64,000 nucleotides of DNA from Selaginella moellendorffii (taxonomy: Eukaryota; Plantae; Lycopodiophyta): positions 1,158,517-1,222,516 of the forward strand of contig NW_003314291.1 in assembly GCF_000143415.4 (NCBI RefSeq), given 5' to 3'. The notes under the pieces were generated by a model, which ran no database searches, had not been told where the DNA came from, and was given only the letters and a program-made list of their open reading frames with translations. A program made the position numbers and the translations under genes. How positions within the stretch are numbered: position 1 is the first letter of the stretch; each line of letters opens with the position of its first letter. Of the stretch, positions 10,398-21,181 are shown one piece after another.

Positions 10398-12839
10398 ATG
10401 CTCCACAGCGATGGCGTTTCGACCACCACCACCACCAGCAGGAGCTGGAAAGTGGCAAAGAAATCGACGAAGGGAATCGCCACACTCTTGGCGGCGCTCA
10501 AGGAGGCAAGCAAGGCCAGGGATGCCAAGAGGGGGCGGGAGCTCCACTCCGACGCCATAGCCAGTGGAGTGGCGGGCGATCTCTTCGTGGGCAGCAGCCT
10601 GGTGGACATGTACTCCAACTGCGGCCTCATGGGCGAAGCGCGAGAGGTATTTGACGCCATGCCCAGCCATGACATTGTCTCGTGGAATGCGCTCATGCTC
10701 GGTTACGCAGAGAACGACGATGGATTGGTGGCGCTCGCCCTCTTCTCGCCGATGCGCGACGAGGGCTGCGCTCCAAACTCGAGAACTTTTGTCGCTGCGG
10801 CCAAGGCATGCTCTAGCATTGCCACGGCTGAGAAGGAAGAAAGAGGTAGCGAAGTATGCTCGACTTCCAAGATGAGATCGCTGGAGATTGGAATGGCGAT
10901 CCACTCGCAGGCGCTGGAGAGGAGGTGCGGATCCATTTTCGTGGAGAGCTGCCTCGTCGATATGTATGCCAAGTGTGGCAGCATGGACGACGCTCGGCGC
11001 GTTTTCGAGAGCATGGAGAGGAGGAATATGGTGGCCTGGACGTCGCTCATGCTGGGGTATGCCGAGAGTGGCGATGGCCAAGCTGCGCTCGAGCTCTTCC
11101 AGGTGATGGAACGCGAGAACTGCCCGCGGGACGCTCGGACTTTCGTTGCCGCGGTGAAGGCTTGCTCGAGCCTGGCTATGGCGGCGAAGGAAGGATCATC
11201 TAGCGCTCGATCCATGAGAACTCTTGAGACCGGCATGGCTGTTCATCGCGAAGCTCGCAAGAGTGGATTCGAGTCGGATGCTTTCGTGGCTTGCGGACTT
11301 GTGGATTTGTATGCGAAGTGTGGGAGTATGGAGGATGCGAGGAGGATCTTCGAGCGCTTCGCCAGCCACGACGTTGTCTCGTGGACGGCGTTGATACTCG
11401 GCTATGGTGACAATGGCGAGCACGAGGTGGCGGTGGAGCTCTTCTTGCGCATGGTTCACCAGGGATACCATGCAAACGCTCGGACTTTCGTGGCAGTGAT
11501 CAAGGCTTGCAGCAGCCTTGCCGAGGAGGAGCAAGGCGGAAGTGTGATAAAGTTTCGCGCTCTCGCCACTGGAATGGCGATCCATCGCCTCGCAGCTGCC
11601 AACGGTGGCTGCGATTCCAGGGACGTTTTCGTGGGGAACACTTTGATCGACATGTATGCGAAGTGTGGAACTATGGTGGATTCCCGCCGAGTTTTCGATG
11701 CGATGCTTACACGGGACGTGGTCTCGTACAACGCGATCATGCTGGGCTATGCCGAGAATGATGGCGAGGCTATGGCGCTCGAGCTACTCGCGGCCATGCA
11801 CAGGGAAGAACCGCGCGTTGTGGCGAATAGCTTGAGCTACCTTGCTGCTGTGAAGGCTTGCAATCACTTGGCATCGCGAGAAGAAGCCAGGGACTTCGAT
11901 GGAAGAGCTGTGAAGATCGAGAGCCTGGAGAAAGGCATGGCTGTTCATGCTCGAGCTACGGAAGCCGGGTGTGATCGAGATCTTTTAGTGGCGAGCAGCC
12001 TGATCGATATGTACTCGCGAGCTGGAAGCATGGAGGATTCGCACAGGGCCTTCGATCAAATGGAGAGCCACGATGTAGTGTCATGGACGGGGCTCGTCTC
12101 CGGCTACGCCGAGAATGGCGATGGCGAGAGCTCCCTGGCGGTGTTCTTCGCGATGGTGGACGAGGGAGTGGAGCCCGACTCGTGGACGCTCGCGGCGGCG
12201 CTCAAGGCGTGCGGATCCATCGCCTCGAGCAAAGCTGGGCGACGTCTCCATGGCGAGATTTGCCGGCATGGACTGGAGGGCGATACCATCGTGGTCACCG
12301 GTTTGATCGACTTCTATGGGAAGTGTGCTACCATGGCCGACGCTCAGCGTGTCTTTGATGGTTCCATGGTTGCCGCGCGGGACGTGGTTGCATGGACGGC
12401 TCTAGTGTCCGGCTATGGCCGCCAAGGTGACGTGAAGTTCGTGTTTGTGACGTTCCAGGCGATGGTGGACACTGGCGTGAGGCCGGGAGGTGTGACCCTG
12501 CTGTGTGTGCTAGCCGCATGTAGCCATGCCGGGCTTGTGGAGCGAGGGAAACGATTGTTTGGATCGATGAGAGAGAAGTATGGGATTGATCCTGGGCGAG
12601 AGCACTACCACTGCGTGATTGATATGCTGGGGCGAGCAAACCATCTGGAGGAGGCGCTGGAGATTGTGAGATCGATGCCTTTCCAAGCGGGTGTCGTGAC
12701 CTGGATGACGATCTTGAGCGCTTGTAGGAAGTGGAAGAACACGAGAGTTGGAAGTGAAGCATTTGATGCGTTGGTTGGAATGGATGTGAGGGTGAAATCG
12801 TCAGCGTACTTGTTGATGGCTCATGTTTATGAGAGCTAA
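10398..12839 (+). CDS. PLS-class PPR protein with E domain and no DYW domain; probable organellar RNA-editing factor
   Basis: Uninterrupted ORF (first ATG at 10398) with repeated SLVDMYAKCGSM..A..VF / VSWTAL..GY / TFVAA.KAC units; C-terminal EHYHCVIDMLGRA..MPFQAGVVTWMTILSAC. Confidence 0.92.
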   Translation: MLHSDGVSTTTTTSRSWKVAKKSTKGIATLLAALKEASKARDAKRGRELHSDAIASGVAGDLFVGSSLVDMYSNCGLMGEAREVFDAMPSHDIVSWNALMLGYAENDDGLVALALFSPMRDEGCAPNSRTFVAAAKACSSIATAEKEERGSEVCSTSKMRSLEIGMAIHSQALERRCGSIFVESCLVDMYAKCGSMDDARRVFESMERRNMVAWTSLMLGYAESGDGQAALELFQVMERENCPRDARTFVAAVKACSSLAMAAKEGSSSARSMRTLETGMAVHREARKSGFESDAFVACGLVDLYAKCGSMEDARRIFERFASHDVVSWTALILGYGDNGEHEVAVELFLRMVHQGYHANARTFVAVIKACSSLAEEEQGGSVIKFRALATGMAIHRLAAANGGCDSRDVFVGNTLIDMYAKCGTMVDSRRVFDAMLTRDVVSYNAIMLGYAENDGEAMALELLAAMHREEPRVVANSLSYLAAVKACNHLASREEARDFDGRAVKIESLEKGMAVHARATEAGCDRDLLVASSLIDMYSRAGSMEDSHRAFDQMESHDVVSWTGLVSGYAENGDGESSLAVFFAMVDEGVEPDSWTLAAALKACGSIASSKAGRRLHGEICRHGLEGDTIVVTGLIDFYGKCATMADAQRVFDGSMVAARDVVAWTALVSGYGRQGDVKFVFVTFQAMVDTGVRPGGVTLLCVLAACSHAGLVERGKRLFGSMREKYGIDPGREHYHCVIDMLGRANHLEEALEIVRSMPFQAGVVTWMTILSACRKWKNTRVGSEAFDALVGMDVRVKSSAYLLMAHVYES

Positions 12840-12989
12840 GATCTTATCTATTGGCGGGAGCTCTTTGAATTTACGCCGTTGGATTTAGGGTTCTTGCTAG
12901 ATCTTTTGCAATGCTGATGTTCTTTCCAACTCTATCTATGCTCCAACGTTTAAGATCTCCTCGTGAGTTGACAGGTCTCCCAGTCGGAT

Positions 12990-13460
12990 TCAAGGAAATG
13001 CGTACACTGAAGACTAGCTTAAGATCGGTCTCTGAAAAGAAGCCTGGTATTGTTTGGATTATTCTTCCTCGGATGTCATGTTACAGATGCTGTTCTCTTA
13101 AAGGAAAACCCAGACCTCGAAGCCTACACAGTCTAGCCCGAGCTATAGAACTTCCAAAAATCTTGGAAGTAAAGATGCTCGATCGAGAGAGATCTTTGCC
13201 AGAGTGTTTGCAGACTCCACATTCTAAAGGTATTATGTACTTTTCTCGTCTTGTCACTTGCGCAGGCTTTCTGCCAAATACAAAAGAGTCCCTTTTGCCA
13301 CTGGTCCGAGTCATGAGAATTTCCCCATGCTATGCTTTAAGTTCATATTGCATTAGTTTAGGCCTTGGATGATCTGGATCGCGTGTGCTTCGTGCCACTT
13401 GCAGCCGAACTCTTGCAGCCGATTGTTGATTTCCAAAGTCCAATCCAGATCTTGTGCTCG
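12990..13460 (+). pseudogene. Partial, intron-containing, deleted duplicate of MAK10/NAA35
   Basis: Matches 32730-33480 in order: aggaaaacccaga.ctcgaagcc, ttgccagagtgt, gtcccttttgccac, gttcatattgcat, ggatcgcgtgtgct, gattgttgattt.caaa. Confidence 0.8.
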
Positions 13461-15021
13461 TTGTTTATTAATCAGGGCTTTTTATTTACCAGCAAAAAAC
13501 CAAAAAACTGGGCATAGTTTCATTGAGCACGAAAAAAAGTTTCTTGTGTCCTTGGTGTGAACTGCTTCTGTGAACTGCTTCTTAAGACTTAAGCCGCGTT
13601 TACATTTCTGACCATGGAAGGCATGCATGTTTCTATATGTCAGGAAAAACGATAAAAGGATGCTCAAGCATTGGCAGGTATTTTGTGATTAATGTCTGTT
13701 TTCATCTCCTAGTTTCACCCTTCCACAGGTGCCAATGTGGAGCGAGCTCGAACAGAAAAAAGCTTCCAAGCAGACACAAAACGATTTGCTGCATTGACTG
13801 ATCACTTTTCTTCCTGAGGAACAATGACACTTGAAACAGAAAAACTCATTCTCGAGCAGAAATAATCAGTGATGTGAATAGTAGTTCATCCTGGAGTGTT
13901 GGTAACATCTCTGAGAAAATTTTGTTTCTCCAGGGCAATCTACACAGTTATTGTCATGTGACAATAACTGTCACATGAAATTCGTCCGAAAACCTTATGG
14001 GAAAACATGGCGGCCCTCCTGCCAAGATCTAGGCTGAGACTCAGCTACAATGCGGGGAAGCTTGGCTATAAACCTTCTCTAGAAAGAGAGTAAAAGGTGA
14101 GAGAACCAAGGTGTGTGTGTCCGTTTCGGGGCATTGCAGCAAACTCAATTCCTTGGTCTCATGTTAGAAGATTCTAGTCGGTGACACTGTGACCTCACCC
14201 GGTTTCTCCTTCTCTCACTCCTTTCCCTTTCTCTCTGCTCGTCCTTTCCCTTTCTCTTTGCTGAAACACCAACAAATAAAGGTCTGTTTTTACACCCGGT
14301 CGCTACTGTGATCGGCAGGCTTCGTGAAAATTCTGATGGTGGATGGTGGCTGTTTCTAATTATTAAACAGTGTTTCTTACATAAATGACATTCTTTTTCA
14401 TTCTCCCATGGCTTAAGCTGATGATCCTTCGGTGATCATTCTGATTGTGATGGAACTACTGATTAATTAGGTTTATATTGTGAGGGGAATGCCAGAAGTC
14501 GAGCTCGATATCTCCTAGATTTCGACCTTGTTGGCTACATCACACGAACCCCAATTTTGAACTATATATACTTTTTATATATGGTTTTAACTATATTGCA
14601 ATTTTTTTAAGAAAAAGCAAACAAATGGACCATCTGGCAACGATATCAATCGAGGCGATCTTCTTCCTCTCCTTCGAACGGACGAGAAACGCGACGCACG
14701 GAACTGCAGTTGCGATCCGGAGCAGCAAGCTGGTGGTGCTCCAAAATCCTCGCAGAATTTGCTGGATCGAAGCGTCTGGAGCAGCCCCTGCTTCATCTGC
14801 GACGCTGCTCTGGCTTATAACACCTATTGCCAAGATGAAACAAGAAGAAATAAAGAGCTCTCTCCTTTTCAATGGAAGTGGGCCAGCACGATGCTGCAGA
14901 GCAGTTGCCGACGGTGGACCATCATCTATGCGAGAAAAAAGAATCTGTAGAATTGATTTTTTCAAATTCAAACATTAGCTTATAAGATTTACATGGTCCT
15001 TATATAAGAGCAACATTATTT

Positions 15022-15972
15022 CTATAAATATTTCTTTATCCACTCATGTTCGAGGACCTTTTCCAAAGTAAGCCTCCTTCCGGGATCCAATTCCGTCATG
15101 CCTTGGATAAGCTGCCTTGCAGAAAGGGATGGAATGCTATCCCAATCCATAGAATTGTGATGGAGGTTCCTTAAACTTTGATCTCGCTTGCGTGCATTCT
15201 TAAATACCACCTCCACATCCATATTTGAGAACGGACAAGCTGCCGTGAGGCAAGTGTAAAGCAGCATCCCTAAACCCCACACGTCGCTGGCTTTGATATA
15301 GTGTCCATCAAACATCGCTTCGGGAGACATATAATCCCACGTCCCAACCCCACACTCGTTCCACGGATCATCCATCCAGCAAGCCATCCCAAAGTCGGAC
15401 ACCTTTGGGACATAGAACTTCCCAGGCCGCGGGTACTTCAGCAAAACATTCGCGGGCTTCAGGTCGCAGTGGATGATCTCGTTGTCATGAACCCTCTTTA
15501 GCGTCTTGGCGAGAGCTATGACGATCTTTGCAGATTCTTCCTCATCAAGCTGCCCCTTGTACTTGATCCGGTCCTGAAGGCTGCAATTGCACAGCTCAAG
15601 AACAAGGTGGTACACCTCCCCGTACTGATTGGGCTCTTCTCGTATGATGTGCTCGAAGTGGACGAGCCCCTGTTCATCCAAACCCTTGAGTGACACCTCT
15701 AGCATAGCCATCACTCGAGCTTCAAACAGCCCATCGGGCCCATGAACTGTCTTGATCGCAAAAACCTTTCCATCACTCCTTCGGAATGCCTTGTACACCG
15801 TTGCTTGCCCTCCACCCCCAATCGACTTCTCTAGTCTATATTTCTCTACCAGCGCTGGGTATTCATCACAGAATTTTTCATCCAAGACCGTGTGGTACTC
15901 CATCCCTTGCCTAGGTTTCTTGGGCACGTAGTTCTCCAAGCTATCCTCGCGCTCGCGCTCGCGCTTAACCAT
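15022..15972 (-). CDS. Intronless Ser/Thr protein kinase (CAMK/CDPK-like kinase domain only)
   Basis: GGGGQATV, FAIK, HCDLKPANVLL, DFG, GTWDYMSPE, SDVWGLG, RRLTLEKVLEHEW. Confidence 0.88.
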   Translation of the reverse strand: MVKREREREDSLENYVPKKPRQGMEYHTVLDEKFCDEYPALVEKYRLEKSIGGGGQATVYKAFRRSDGKVFAIKTVHGPDGLFEARVMAMLEVSLKGLDEQGLVHFEHIIREEPNQYGEVYHLVLELCNCSLQDRIKYKGQLDEEESAKIVIALAKTLKRVHDNEIIHCDLKPANVLLKYPRPGKFYVPKVSDFGMACWMDDPWNECGVGTWDYMSPEAMFDGHYIKASDVWGLGMLLYTCLTAACPFSNMDVEVVFKNARKRDQSLRNLHHNSMDWDSIPSLSARQLIQGMTELDPGRRLTLEKVLEHEWIKKYL

Positions 15973-16039
15973 CTCGAAAGAGCTCTAGGGCTTGTTTGTA
16001 AAGGCAGAATCTTAGTTTATGCATCTTTTATTTTAAAGG

Positions 16040-17200
16040 TATCATGTTTAAGTGAACATTTCCTGGAATGCCAAGTGTGGAAGCATGAGAGACTCTCGGC
16101 GGCGGGATTGAGAACCACGACGTTGTCTCCTGGACGGTATTGGTTCTGGGATACGCTCGAAGATTTGGCTCTGGAGCTCTTCTTGGAGATGGACGATCAA
16201 TCCAGATTGCTCGAGTTTTCTCGCGGCTATCAAAACTTGCTCTAGTCTGGCTGCGCGAGAGGAGATTGGTGCGTCGTTGGCTGTGGAGATCAAGAGCTTG
16301 GAACGAGCTTTGGCGATTCACTCTCACGCATCAAACTCTCGCGGCTTCAAGTTGGAGGCGAGGAGACATACACTTGGGAAACGCGATGGTGGACTTGTAT
16401 GGCAAGTGTGAAAGTCTAGAAGATGCTCGCAGGGTGTTTGATTCGATGGAGCAGCACGACATCGTTTCCTGGACATCGATCATCACAGGCTATGCTCACG
16501 AGAGCCAAGATGGAGACGAAGCTTTCCTTCTCTTCTCTTCCATGCAAGAACAAGGATTTAAACCCGATCGTTTAGCTTGTGTCGCCGCTATCAAGGCTTG
16601 TAGCGTAAATCACGGAGAAGAAAATGGGATTTAGACGTAGAATCTCTCGAGAAAGCAATGAAAATCCATTCGTGGATCTCGCAGCTTGGCCTGGAGAGAG
16701 ATCCAGCAGTCTGGTTGATATGTATGCCAAGTGTGGAAGCTTGATCATGGACATTCGCAGGGTATTTGATAAGATCTTAGATCGCGACATACTCTCGTGG
16801 AACTCTTTCCTGTTTGGATGTGTTTACATTGGCGAGGACGAGCTTGCGTTGGAATGCTATGCAGCCCTGGAAGTTGCTCCAAACTCTCAAACCTTTCTTG
16901 CGTTGTTGCAAGTTTGCAGGAACCTGGGAGATTTGAAGCTCGGGAAGCTCTTCCACGGACAGATTCTCCGGCAGGGACTGGAAGGGAGTTCTGTAAGGAT
17001 TTCCCTGCTCGACTTCTACTGTAAATGCGGGAGCGTCGAGGTCGCCGAGCTTGTGTTTGAGAGCTCCATTGCGTCTCCCAACACTGTGGCATGGAATACT
17101 TTGATTGCAGGACATGGCGCTCAAGGAGACGCCATCGCTGCGTTCCAAGCGTTTCGGAGCATGCGAGTAGGAAAAGATACACTTGAGAAAAAACTTTGAT
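16040..17200 (+). pseudogene. PLS-class PPR pseudogene
   Basis: GNAMVDLYGKCESLEDARRVFD, SLVDMYAKCGS and SLLDFYCKCGSVE lie in different frames. Confidence 0.8.
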
Positions 17201-18517
17201 GTATATTTGAGGAGTCGCGCCAAACAATCTTTGAAGTAGTCTTGAGAACCTTGGTTTTGTGGCTACCAGCGAGTTTACACAGTCGCCGAGCTCGAGAGCA
17301 AGCTTGGTGTTGTCAACAAGCTCTCGCCAAGCTCTCACATTGGATGTTTGCCACAAAGGTTTCGCAAAGCCACCACCGATTGCCGCCATGTATCACGGGC
17401 ACCTGTGACTTCAGTAGGCACGAGATCTTTGCAACTGAACTGGGAAAAGAAACCGGCTCAGCAATGGTAGAGGTAGCTCCACTTTCGCTGTGATTCGGAC
17501 CTGGAGAAAAGAAAGTGATGGAAAGATTGACAACATCAGGAAGCAGGACCTTTGAAGCGATTTCTATGTGGTCCGCAACACAAGACTACGTTATCACCTA
17601 GTCTGCAGTGAAGGAAAAAGAGAAAGATCTCATACTTATGTGCAAGATCCAGCAATTCCAACTTGTCCACAAATCATACAGTTGCATCCTATCACAACAT
17701 TGTGTCCAATTTACATGCAAATAAGCCAAGAGTAAGCAGTGGTTAAGAAAAGAAAAAGTTTCTCAAACAGTGGACCAAGTTGTCAAGCTTCACCTTATCC
17801 AAGATGACTATGTCACACCAGCTGATGATTAGTCCAGGGCAAATGAGACTTCAGAAGGAGAACAAGCAACTTTTGTTACCTCTCAGGGTCGAGGATAAAT
17901 TGGCACTCAATCTTTATCAGCAATTCCTAAGAAAAAGACATTGTCATTGCTTTTATTATTTATAATAAATCAGTGCTCGGAAAATTTGGTATTTTAACCC
18001 CACACTTTTATTTTTCCCACTTTTCCTAAACAAGCAGAATGTTTATAAATTCTAATTATGTTTATGGTTCGTTAGATTGACAGTTTGCTCAAAAGTAATT
18101 TGTATGTTCAATTACATTCTTTTCTATTTTAATTTTATCTTTACTCTCCTGTTCTACGTATACAAAAAAAGCTGAACGCTAGTTGCGATGGTCGTCGACT
18201 CGAGGCAGGAGAGCAAGCAGCTCAAGGCACAGTTAAGTTAGTTCCTTTCATTTCTTTAGATGTACAGTATTTCTAAAGGAGATGAACAAGGTTGCATCAT
18301 ATCTAGAGTTGCAGGTTTCGACTAATGCTCTGGCTAAATGTTATTTTAGGACGAGCTATATGGAAATGCCCTTAATTCCGGTTTGCCTTGAGGACATCAT
18401 TTCAGCTGAATTCGTTAGGGTTTGGTTGCGGGTTTATCATTTGGGAATGGCGGGATCATGAATGTGGGAAGCGCGAGATTTCTCTCTGGATCCAGGAATT
18501 TTGAGCACCAGGCCGAG

Positions 18518-18905
18518 ATGGAGAAGATTTGGTGCCTCAGCTGTATTTTCTTGCGCTGGCGTCTCATTCCACGCGATGTTGCATCATTACAGTGATGCGC
18601 TATTGACGACTGATGTGCATTGGTACACACAGACTCTGGATCACTACACGACTCAAGTGAGAAATTTCCTTTCTTTATTCTTCAAGAGATTTGATTTTTA
18701 CGTGCTTGATCTTTGCAGGACGATAGAACTTTTGCTCACCGTTACTATGAGTTTACTGACTACTTCAATGCTCAAGATGTGTGGTGAGGGACCGTGTGTA
18801 GGGATCCAAAATGATTACAGTGTAAGAAAAGCATTTTTCTCGACTGAATTGGATTGCCTTTCTTACCTGCGGTGGCAAGGTGCTAGCGAAAAGATTAGGA
18901 GAGGA
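18518..18905 (+). pseudogene. 5' fragment of a serine carboxypeptidase S28 family gene
   Basis: WYTQTLDHY / intron / DRTFAHRYYEFTDYF / LKMCGEGPCVGIQNDY / VLAK. Frameshifted and truncated before an LTR. Confidence 0.75.
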
Positions 18906-19050
18906 AAGATTAGTAAGAATAACATTACTATTAAGCAAACTAAGAGTTGCTACATGCAATGCGTAACAAATTTTTACTATTTTTTATAAAAACACAATAA
19001 AATGTCCCTCAAACCATTTTACAAAATTAATAGGAGCATTAAATTGTATT

Positions 19051-19423
19051 TGTGAGGTCCAAGTGTATAGCTACTATGCCACATATTAATATTAGCATAA
19101 TAGAATTTTGATAGCCATTGGATTAGTTTTAATCCAAACCATTTACTTTTATATATAAACTAAGGTTTTTGGGTTAATTGATATGCACATTTCTATATTT
19201 CATTTCTATATTTTATACACTCACATTGGTGGAGGTGAGGGATTATTTCTGAGAAGTGTTTAGATTTGAGATTTTAGTTTAGATATAGCTTTTACATTAT
19301 CTAAATCTTCCTTTTCTTATAACTTTTTCGATTTCTTCTCTTGTGGTTATTCATCTTTATGGCAAAGCCTCCTTTTTTTTACTTTAGAGCAATAATTAGT
19401 GCAATTGCTTAATACTATATGGT
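19051..19423 (+). mobile_element. LTR (19051-19225) + tRNA-Ala PBS + leader remnant of the Ala-PBS gypsy family
   Basis: TGTGAG...CTCACA followed by T-TGGTGGAGGTGAGGG, the same as at 57630-57822. Confidence 0.85.
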
Positions 19424-19889
19424 TGAAATCTATAATTTGTGCTAAAGTTGTCCATAACCCTATCATTTGGCTATCTTGTTATTTTTGGAGCTTTCATTTT
19501 GGCCAAATTGAAACATTTAGTGATCCATCTTTAGAAATATATTTTCTTTCCCACAATTTATTAATATCAAACACATATGAGTATTCCTTACCTAACTTTA
19601 TTATTTGGATTTCTTTTAATGATTTCCATGACTCATTTTTGGCTATTAGTTTTTTGCTCCTATCCTTTGATTGTTGCACTAAACAATATAAGATCACTAT
19701 TTCCATGTTTGAGATATCTTTTTAATTCTATAAAAAAAGCTTTATGTTGCTAAATCCAAGAAGTGTTCACCCTTAATAAATCTCCTTAATATTATTTCCT
19801 ATAAACTCTATCTTGTGCAGTGAGATTCTCCTCTCCTGCATCAAGCAACTTACTCATCTCGAGTAAGTTCAAAGATGGACAGAGTAGAA

Positions 19890-20380
19890 CAGAAACAACC
19901 TTACCTCAACTTTATCTTGAGGAGATCACTGATGTTGATGATGATTGCTCCCGGGATGGGCTTGACAACCAGCAAGGTGTTGTTCTGCACTCTACATTTT
20001 TGCCCTTAGCATTGCAAGATTTATCAATTGTGTGTATTGGCTGCTCCAGGTATGAATCTCATTGCAAGGCAAGAGGAAGGTCATGTAAAGAAACGCATTT
20101 TTCTTCTCCTTTTGCAGCTGATAGATTGGATGTGGATACCTCTTCTACACGCTGGGAACGCAGCTCAAACACTGGAGCTTGATTCCTTATGGCTTATGGC
20201 CTGCCATGGTTTTGGTCACCGAGATTGTCCAGACATTCATCCTTGCTGGTTTCTGCTACTACTGCATAAAGAGGTATGGATCGAAAGAAGAAAAAATCCA
20301 TTTTTTCCATGAAATTTATGATTTCTTTGTTTGTGACAGTGTGGCGGAGGGCCAGATGATGATCTGGTTACCGTCAAGCA
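19890..20380 (+). pseudogene. 3' fragment of an ERD2-related (ER lumen protein retaining receptor family) gene
   Basis: LPQL, SALYIFALSIARFINCVYWLLQ, YGLWPAMVLVTEIVQTFILAGFCYYCIK / intron / SVAEGQMMIWLPS. The N-terminus is missing. Confidence 0.72.
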
Positions 20381-21181
20381 TCGAGCCCCATTCCCACTTT
20401 GGAGGGCTCACATTGCTCTTTCAGGATGTGTGCTTCTTTGGATTTAAGGAATTTGTGGAGGCCGCCACGGTGTCGCTGAGTACCTCCACTAGCGCAGCAG
20501 CCTCCTCTTGCAAATTACCCACGAGTCCCATTTGGAGGGGACGCGTCCAAAGGAAAACGCCCGAGCCAGGATGTCCCCAGGTCGGGCCGGACTTTGTCCG
20601 GTGGGCTGCTGGAGGCGTGGGAAATCTAGTCGAGCTCTTTGCCTTCTCTATTCTTTCTTTCCTTGCGGCAAAGAGGAGAAAGAAAGCACCCAAGCAAGAA
20701 AAACCAAGGTCCACAGCAAAACAATCGAGCAAGCAAAGGAGAGATGCGATCACTCACCATGGGCGCCATCCAGATTCAGCTCCATCTATGCCACAAGCGA
20801 GAGAATCATTAGAAGGAAGAAGCGGGCACACAGGCAAGCAATCCTCCCGAGCTCAACCGCCAGAAAAACCAGTTCTTGCTCCACGGACTTTATAATATAC
20901 CTAGACATCAAATAAGCATATTTAATTTAGTTCTTTTTAGTGGTTTTGTGTTACAATTTAGAAAATTTAAGAGGCCGGGACCTTCACTTTTCTTAATTTC
21001 TATAAGTCTGAATTTGAAGAAAACGCTCTGCTCGTGAGTGATATATGAGCTTTACTGGAACTTGACTTTTCGTTTTCTTCAAAGAGAGCGAAAATATACG
21101 AAGAAAGGTAATCCTGAAAGACGACAAAATAAATTCCAAGCAACTCCTTAACTCCAAGATGGAAGTACAGTGTAAAGGAGA

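Noticed and set aside
10350-12762. Many antisense and alternate-frame ORFs over the PPR gene
   Set aside because: They are shadows of GC-rich coding sequence.
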